Notes under the pieces: model-generated
Databases searched by the model: none
What the model was told of the DNA's origin: nothing
Seen by the model: only the letters and a program-made list of their open reading frames with translations
From: an uncultured Candidatus Saccharibacteria bacterium
GTDB lineage: Bacteria > Patescibacteriota > UBA1384 > CAYGGE01
Length of the DNA stretch: 41,045 nucleotides
Assembly: GCA_964349485.1 (NCBI GenBank)
Contig: CAYGGE010000003.1
Span: forward strand, 71,899-112,943
Direction: 5' to 3'
Position numbers and translations under genes: made by a program
In this document: positions 35,143 through 41,045 of the stretch, in pieces
Layout of the letters: each line of letters begins with the position of its first letter
Position numbering within the stretch: the stretch's first letter is position 1

Positions 35143-37161
35143 ATGTTTAGGCTTTACTCACCCTATGAACCATCAGGCTCCCAACCAGTCGCGATTGACC
35201 AGCTGGTTAGTGGCTTAGCTTCTGGTGCCAAGCATCAGACGCTTTTAGGCGTAACCGGTTCGGGTAAGACGTTTACGATGGCCAATGTCATCGCTAAGAC
35301 CAATCGCCCGACACTTGTCATCTCCCATAACAAAACTCTGGCCGCCCAACTTACCAATGAGTTCCGTTCATTTTTTCCGGAGAATGCGGTTGAGTACTTT
35401 GTCTCGTACTATGACTATTATCAACCTGAAGCTTACATTCCGGGACGGGATATATATATAGAAAAGGAAGCCCAAGTTAATGATGAGATTGACCGCTTGC
35501 GGCACGCGGCGACCCAAGCACTATTATCGAGAAGGGATGTCATCATTGTCGCTTCGGTGAGCTGTATCTACGGTATCGGTTCGCCGAAGACCTATGAGGA
35601 CATAGTCCTTCGACTCAACATTGGCGATACCATGAATCGACAGGATCTGATCACTCGTTTGGTCGCCATGTACTTTACACGCAATGAAACAGAACTCCGC
35701 CGTGGCATGTTTCGGGCGAAAGGCAATATTGTTGAAGTCATGCCGACCAACCAAGAGATAATCTATCGCATTGAGTTGATGGGCGATATAGTAGTGGCGA
35801 TTGTCGCGCTGGAACCTGTTTCGAAACTAGTCATGAGCGAAGAGCATTTTCTCTGGCTATTTCCAGCAAAACATTTCGTGACTGATCCCGAGACCATGCA
35901 AACGGCCCTCGTGAGTATCGAGCACGAACTGGAGGAGCGTCTTAAGGAGCTTCATAAAGCAGGAAAAATATTGGAAGCTGAACGACTCAAAAGCCGAACT
36001 CGCTACGATTTAGCCATGTTGCGCGAAGTCGGCTATTGCTCTGGGGTGGAAAATTACTCAAGGCATCTCGATGGACGAACATCAGGCGAACCGCCATCGA
36101 CCCTTATCGACTACTTCCCAGACGATTTTTTAGTGATGATCGATGAATCTCATGTGACTTTGCCTCAGCTTCACGGTATGTATGCCGGTGATAAGGCACG
36201 AAAGAATAACCTTATTGAGCACGGTTTCCGACTCCCATCGGCCTACGATAATCGTCCACTCAAATTTGTAGAGTTTGAAAAGAAGATGAAGCAAGTCGTC
36301 TACGTTTCGGCCACACCAGCAGCCTATGAACTGGAACATTCTACCCAAATCGTTGAACAGATTATCCGGCCAACTGGTTTAGTTGACCCGGAACTGATTA
36401 TCAAACCAGCGCGTGGACAGGTAGATGACTTGATTGAGCAGATTAAAGAGCGAATAAATAAGGGTGAGCGAGTCTTGGCGACAACACTAACGCGGAGGAT
36501 GGCGGAAGATCTAAGTCAATATTTGACGGAGCTGAATATTAAAGCCAGATATTTGCATTATGAGGTCGAGACTCTTGATCGGATCGATTCACTGCGTGAT
36601 TTACGAAGCGGTAAATACGATGTCCTAATCGGAGTTAATCTGCTTCGTGAGGGTTTAGACTTACCCGAAGTTACGCTGGTGGCGATTCTCGATGCCGACA
36701 AAGAAGGTTTCTTGCGTAGTGCCACTAGTTTAATCCAAACTATTGGTCGGGCTGCCCGTAACGTGAAGGGTCAAGTTATACTTTACGCCGACGTTCTGAC
36801 TGGTTCATTGCAAAAAGCTATCGACGAAACCAAACGTCGTCGCGATATCCAATTGGCATATAATAAACAACATGACATTACTCCAAGAACCATCGAAAAA
36901 GCTATTTCGGATATTGGAGATAGCCTTCGTCAGCAAGAAAAAGCGGTGCCGCAGGTCCGCGACTGGACGCCCGAGCTCGTCGATGGCAGTGATCTTGAAG
37001 AAGTGATTAAGCGCAAAGAACAAGAGATGAAAAGCGCCGCCAAAGAGCTCCAATTCGAACTCGCTGCGTTACTACGTGATGAAGTAGTTGAGCTCCGCAA
37101 GATGAGCCGTTCGAGAATGAAGGTTAATCGGTTCGCGAAAGAAATAAGCATTAGTAGCTAG
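35143..37161 (+). CDS. uvrB: Excinuclease ABC subunit B
   Basis: LGVTGSGKTFT, YFVSYYDYYQPEAY, IDESH, NLLREGLDLPEV, QTIGRAAR, C-terminal UVR FELAALLRD. Confidence 0.98.
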   Translation: MFRLYSPYEPSGSQPVAIDQLVSGLASGAKHQTLLGVTGSGKTFTMANVIAKTNRPTLVISHNKTLAAQLTNEFRSFFPENAVEYFVSYYDYYQPEAYIPGRDIYIEKEAQVNDEIDRLRHAATQALLSRRDVIIVASVSCIYGIGSPKTYEDIVLRLNIGDTMNRQDLITRLVAMYFTRNETELRRGMFRAKGNIVEVMPTNQEIIYRIELMGDIVVAIVALEPVSKLVMSEEHFLWLFPAKHFVTDPETMQTALVSIEHELEERLKELHKAGKILEAERLKSRTRYDLAMLREVGYCSGVENYSRHLDGRTSGEPPSTLIDYFPDDFLVMIDESHVTLPQLHGMYAGDKARKNNLIEHGFRLPSAYDNRPLKFVEFEKKMKQVVYVSATPAAYELEHSTQIVEQIIRPTGLVDPELIIKPARGQVDDLIEQIKERINKGERVLATTLTRRMAEDLSQYLTELNIKARYLHYEVETLDRIDSLRDLRSGKYDVLIGVNLLREGLDLPEVTLVAILDADKEGFLRSATSLIQTIGRAARNVKGQVILYADVLTGSLQKAIDETKRRRDIQLAYNKQHDITPRTIEKAISDIGDSLRQQEKAVPQVRDWTPELVDGSDLEEVIKRKEQEMKSAAKELQFELAALLRDEVVELRKMSRSRMKVNRFAKEISISS

Positions 37162-37181
37162 TTTCTAGATACTAGCTACTA
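37152..37181. repeat. Palindromic 7-mer (TAGNNNC) tandem repeat overlapping the uvrB stop
   Basis: TAGTAGC TAGTTTC TAGATAC TAGCTAC TA; near-perfect palindrome centred on TCTAGA. Confidence 0.7.
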
Positions 37182-37200
37182 GTAAGCGTATAATGTTCGT

Positions 37201-37896
37201 ATGGAACGTTTCCTCCCTATCTTTTTGATTATCGGCTGGTTTGGGACAGTTTTTGCTTCGAGCTATCTTATTAACTGGCTTTTGGTGCGTAGTGTAATTC
37301 GAAAGTACTATCGGTTCTTCGTTGCCCCAGGCGTACTTGTTCATGAACTCTCCCATGCTCTCGGCTGCATGGCGACCGGAGCTCAAATCATCGAGATCAA
37401 TTTTTGGAAAAAAACTGGTGGACACGTTCGACATTACGAACCCCAAGTCCCGATTATCGGCGAGACCGTCATTGCATTGGCGCCGATCGGTGGGACATTC
37501 TTATTTCTGGCGATCTTTACCCGTCTCATGGTCCCAAGTTTGGCCGAACTTCTTGGCACAGAATCGATGCTTGACCTGAATTCACTCAGCAAGATCGGCT
37601 GGAGCAAGTGGCAAACCTGGACCTATCTCTATCTCGTCACCAGCCTGCTAGCGACGATCGCTCCTAGTCAAACTGACTTACGCTACGCGATCGCCAGTTT
37701 ACTGGCAATCGGTTCAGTATTCGTCCTTCTCTCCTTTCTACCCTTTGTTCCGCCACTATTACTAGGCTGGTTTAAGACGATCAAACCTTTTGCATTGTTT
37801 ACCTTATTACTACTCTTGCTTGGCATAGTCATCTCCTTTGTACTAGCAATTCCTTATAGAAATAGAACATTTAGCCCTAAAGAACAACTCGACTAG
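37201..37896 (+). CDS. Membrane Zn-metallopeptidase (M50-like)
   Basis: PGVLVHELSHALG (HExxH), GGHV, IALAP, PSQTD; multiple TMs. Confidence 0.75.
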   Translation: MERFLPIFLIIGWFGTVFASSYLINWLLVRSVIRKYYRFFVAPGVLVHELSHALGCMATGAQIIEINFWKKTGGHVRHYEPQVPIIGETVIALAPIGGTFLFLAIFTRLMVPSLAELLGTESMLDLNSLSKIGWSKWQTWTYLYLVTSLLATIAPSQTDLRYAIASLLAIGSVFVLLSFLPFVPPLLLGWFKTIKPFALFTLLLLLLGIVISFVLAIPYRNRTFSPKEQLD

Positions 37897-37931
37897 TTGC
37901 TAATGTACTAATTAACAGGTATAATTGTGCC

Positions 37932-39044
37932 ATGATCATTGCGATAGACGCCTCGCGGGCAATATCCGATCAGCCAACCGGAACCGAGCTCTATAGCGCT
38001 CGGATTATTTTGCATCTAGCGAAGATAGATACGAATACAACTTACTATCTTTATAGTCCAAAGAAACCGACAGGGGATTTAGCGAACTTACCAAAAAATT
38101 TCGTCTGGAAGATTGTTCCGTTTCCTAAACTTTGGTCACAGATTCGTCTTCCGTTAGCTCTCCTTGCCGATAAACCAGACGTACTATTTGTGCCTTCACA
38201 TGTTATCCCTTTTTTCTGTCCCGTGGCAAAACTAGTAGTTACTTTGCATGATGTCGCGTACGTCGTTTTTCCAGAAGCCTACAGTCCATTTGAAAGATGG
38301 TATCAAAACTTTACGGCGAGACTAGCAATCGATCGGGCAGAGACCATCATCACACCTAGTGAGGCAACGAAAAGAGATTTGATTAAGGTTTTTCAGGCCG
38401 TAGCCAATCAGATAGTGGTCATCCCTCACGGTTTTGATCCGATACACAATAATTCGACGACAAGCTCAACAGATACTGCATCACTTGAACCTTATTTTCT
38501 GACAGTTGGCCGACTAGAAACACGTAAGAATACCGGGTTTTTAATCCGAGCCTTTGCCAAATTCAAGAAAGATAATCCCGAAGCTAAGGATCGATTGGTG
38601 CTGATCGGTAAGCCAGGATATGGTTATGAAGCTGTCGAGAAAATCAAGAATGGATTGCCGTTGTCTACGCGACAGGCAATTATCGAGACAGGATACGTAT
38701 CCAACACCGAACGCCTAGCCTATCTCAAGGCGTCGACCGCTTTTGTTTTTCCGAGTCTCTATGAAGGATTCGGCATCCCTATTCTTGAGGCGATGGCCGC
38801 CGGCACACCAGTTATCACTAGTGACGTTTCAGCCAATCCAGAGGTTGCAGATGACGCAGCAATTCTTATCGATCCAACATCAGTCGATGACTTGGCTCAC
38901 AATCTGGCATTACTAGCGACAGACGAACTAACGCGCAGTGAAATTGTTAAGAAAAGTATTGTCAGAGCGAAACATTTTTCTTGGGAGAAGATGGCGAAAC
39001 AAACTTATGACGTACTCATGAAAGTAGGGGGACAAACATTATGA
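37932..39044 (+). CDS. Glycosyltransferase family 4 (GT-B)
   Basis: TGTELYS, VTLHDV, VGRLETRKN, PSLYEGFGIPILEAMAAGTPV. Confidence 0.92.
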   Translation: MIIAIDASRAISDQPTGTELYSARIILHLAKIDTNTTYYLYSPKKPTGDLANLPKNFVWKIVPFPKLWSQIRLPLALLADKPDVLFVPSHVIPFFCPVAKLVVTLHDVAYVVFPEAYSPFERWYQNFTARLAIDRAETIITPSEATKRDLIKVFQAVANQIVVIPHGFDPIHNNSTTSSTDTASLEPYFLTVGRLETRKNTGFLIRAFAKFKKDNPEAKDRLVLIGKPGYGYEAVEKIKNGLPLSTRQAIIETGYVSNTERLAYLKASTAFVFPSLYEGFGIPILEAMAAGTPVITSDVSANPEVADDAAILIDPTSVDDLAHNLALLATDELTRSEIVKKSIVRAKHFSWEKMAKQTYDVLMKVGGQTL

Positions 39045-40192
39045 CCAAATCGAACCCTGAACCTAAGGTAGCTCTGGTCCATGACTTTCTAACCAGTCTC
39101 GGCGGGGCTGAGCGGGTACTGATGGCCTTGCACGAAATGTATCCAGACGCACCTATATATACCTTAGCCTATGATCGAGCTAAGACACACTGGTTGTTTA
39201 ACGGGGTTGACATTCGAGAGGCAAAGCTAGCCAAGAGCCTGATTGGTCGTAGCCGAAAGTTATCGCTGGCCTTCTTACCCAATGCCATTGATACCCTACC
39301 ACTACAAGATTACGATCTGGTGATCTCAAGTTCGTCGGCTTTTTCCAAAGGGGTAATCACTCGGCCTGAAACTTTGCACATCTGCTATTGTCATACTCCC
39401 ATGCGTTACGCTTGGGATTGGACCCATGAATATGCTATTGAGAACGGTTTCGATCGTGGGGCAAAAAGTTACTTTTATCGTTTAATCATGCACTATCTTA
39501 GGCTGTGGGATCGTTCATCGGCTGAACGGGTCGATGTTTGGATCGCCAACTCAAAAAATGTGGCTACACGAATTCATAAATATTATCGTAAAGAAGCTAC
39601 TGTAATATACCCACCGGTAGAGACAGAATACGACCGTAAAATGTCTAAGAACTATGAACAAGAACCCTATTTCTTTATAGTCAGTCGATTGTCTCCATAC
39701 AAGAAGATTGATTTAGCAATTGAGGCTTGTGGTCGGCTAAATCAAAAACTGATTATCATTGGAGACGGCCCTGATCGCAGACGACTTGAGCAGCTTGCTA
39801 AAACACTCGGCGCAAATGTCGAATTCTTAGGCTTTCAAACGGATTACGCTATCCACCGCTACTACGAAGAATGTCGAGCCTTCATATTTGCCGGTGAAGA
39901 CGATTTGGGGATTACGCCAATCGAAGCGATGGCACATGGTAAACCAGTGATTGCCTATGCTAAAGGTGGTGTGTTGGAGACAGTAATTGACAAGCATACC
40001 GGTGTTCTTTTCATCGAACTGAGTGTCGCTAGTCTAGCAGAAGCACTCAGAACGTTTATAAAAAAAGAGGGTTCATTCAAACCCGAGGTGCTTAAGCAAC
40101 ATGCTAAGCAATTCTCAAAAGATGCCTTCAGAAACCATATGCGGACACTTATAGCCGAAGAATGGGCTAAACATCAGAAGAAATTAACATGA
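39041..40192 (+). CDS. Glycosyltransferase family 4 (GT-B)
   Basis: VALVHDFLTSLGGAERV, CYCHTPMRYAW, SRLSPYKK, EDDLGITPIEAMAHGKPV. Confidence 0.92.
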   Translation: MTKSNPEPKVALVHDFLTSLGGAERVLMALHEMYPDAPIYTLAYDRAKTHWLFNGVDIREAKLAKSLIGRSRKLSLAFLPNAIDTLPLQDYDLVISSSSAFSKGVITRPETLHICYCHTPMRYAWDWTHEYAIENGFDRGAKSYFYRLIMHYLRLWDRSSAERVDVWIANSKNVATRIHKYYRKEATVIYPPVETEYDRKMSKNYEQEPYFFIVSRLSPYKKIDLAIEACGRLNQKLIIIGDGPDRRRLEQLAKTLGANVEFLGFQTDYAIHRYYEECRAFIFAGEDDLGITPIEAMAHGKPVIAYAKGGVLETVIDKHTGVLFIELSVASLAEALRTFIKKEGSFKPEVLKQHAKQFSKDAFRNHMRTLIAEEWAKHQKKLT

Positions 40193-40941
40193 CCACTGTT
40201 CGTATTCTTGACGTCCCAATCCATCGGTTAACCAAACAACAAGTCCTTGAAAAAATTGAGGCCTATATAGGTTCGGGCCAACCGCACCAAATCGCGACAG
40301 TGAATAATGAGTTCATCGTTGAGGCTCAGCATAATCATCTTTTCAAAGAAGTGTTGACACTTGCTGATATTGCCATTGCTGACAGTACAGGGGTTGTTCT
40401 AGCGGCCAAGCTTCAGGGTGTGACATTGGTACGGATTCCTGGAGCTGACCTTGTGCAGGACTTAGCGAGACATGCGACACAGAAGGATTATAGTCTTTAC
40501 CTGTTAGGCGGTGCCAATGGGGTCGCCCAAACAGCAGCCAAGAAGCTAACGGAAAAGTTCCCAGGATTAAAGATCGTAGGGGCTGAAGAAGGGGTAACTG
40601 ATAAAGTCGATGTCCTTTCAAAGCCACCCCAAGAACAAGTAGGGCTTATCATTGAGCGAATTCGCCAGGCAAAACCGGACATCCTACTAGTTGCTTTTGG
40701 CGCACCAAAACAAGATCTTTTTATTGAGGCTCATAAAGCGGAACTTGGCGTTCCGGTCATGATGGGTGTTGGTGGAACGCTCGACTTTCTGGCTGGAAAA
40801 GCTAAACGAGCTCCCAAATTACTCCGCTCTCTTGGCTTAGAATGGCTCTGGCGTTTAATTCGCGAACCAAAACGCTTTAAACGGATCTGGCGAGCCCTGG
40901 TGATATTTCCACTAATGGTTATCTTCAAAGGAGGTAAGTGA
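40189..40941 (+). CDS. WecB/TagA/CpsF family glycosyltransferase (GT26)
   Basis: TVNNE, ADSTG, RIPGADL, VAFGAPKQD, GVGGTLDFLAG, RAP..GLEWLWRL..EPKR. Confidence 0.93.
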   Translation: MTTVRILDVPIHRLTKQQVLEKIEAYIGSGQPHQIATVNNEFIVEAQHNHLFKEVLTLADIAIADSTGVVLAAKLQGVTLVRIPGADLVQDLARHATQKDYSLYLLGGANGVAQTAAKKLTEKFPGLKIVGAEEGVTDKVDVLSKPPQEQVGLIIERIRQAKPDILLVAFGAPKQDLFIEAHKAELGVPVMMGVGGTLDFLAGKAKRAPKLLRSLGLEWLWRLIREPKRFKRIWRALVIFPLMVIFKGGK

Positions 40942-40970
40942 TTGACAGTACGCGGTTTATCGGGTAGAAT
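40942..40970 (+). promoter_or_regulatory. Promoter of tRNA-Lys
   Basis: TTGACA-17-TAGAAT. Confidence 0.75.
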
Positions 40971-40991
40971 TAACCTGTTAATAAGAAGGAT

Positions 40992-41045
40992 GGGCCTGTA
41001 GCTCAGTGGTAGAGCAGGAGCCTTTTAAGCTCTTGGTCGTGGGTT
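40992..41045 (+). tRNA. tRNA-Lys(TTT), truncated by window end
   Basis: GGGCCTGTAGCTCAGTGGTAGAGCA, arm GGAGC-CTTTTAA-GCTCT, start of T arm GTGGGTT. Confidence 0.9.

Noticed and set aside
1..41045. Alternative genetic code (UGA=Gly as in Gracilibacteria/Absconditabacteria)
   Set aside because: Conserved genes such as rplC, rpsQ, rpmC and rplQ end at TGA at expected positions, and long genes have no internal TGA.

Overview
Bacterial chromosomal window (code 11, TGA used as stop) with Patescibacteria/CPR hallmarks: no rpmD (uL30) between rpsE and rplO, short PheS/PheT, short UvrC, and an RpoA without alpha-CTD. Bases 1-21,070 hold pheT(partial)-pheS, rbfA and the S10-spc-alpha-L13/S9 ribosomal supercluster on the minus strand. 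That cluster starts at rplC (no rpsJ) and is interrupted by two non-ribosomal genes flanking secY. Next come four tRNAs, DUF192, a GT2, a GC-rich divergent pair (DHDPS-like aldolase and a sugar-phosphate isomerase), uvrC-uvrA, uvrB, a Zn-peptidase, three glycosyltransferases and a truncated tRNA-Lys. The most striking element lies between uvrA and uvrB: three tandem, diverged RpoD-derived sigma factor genes. Each is a self-contained cassette with the same TTGACA-17-TATGTT promoter, a conserved 5' leader hairpin and a conserved 3' hairpin, while the promoter-recognition residues differ. Also notable are a LexA-like direct repeat over the uvrA promoter (degenerate copies over two sigma promoters), a family of CTAG-rich 7/8-mer inverted tandem repeats, several leaderless genes and a probable ATT start for uvrC. 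All calls come from reading the sequence by eye; no searches were run.
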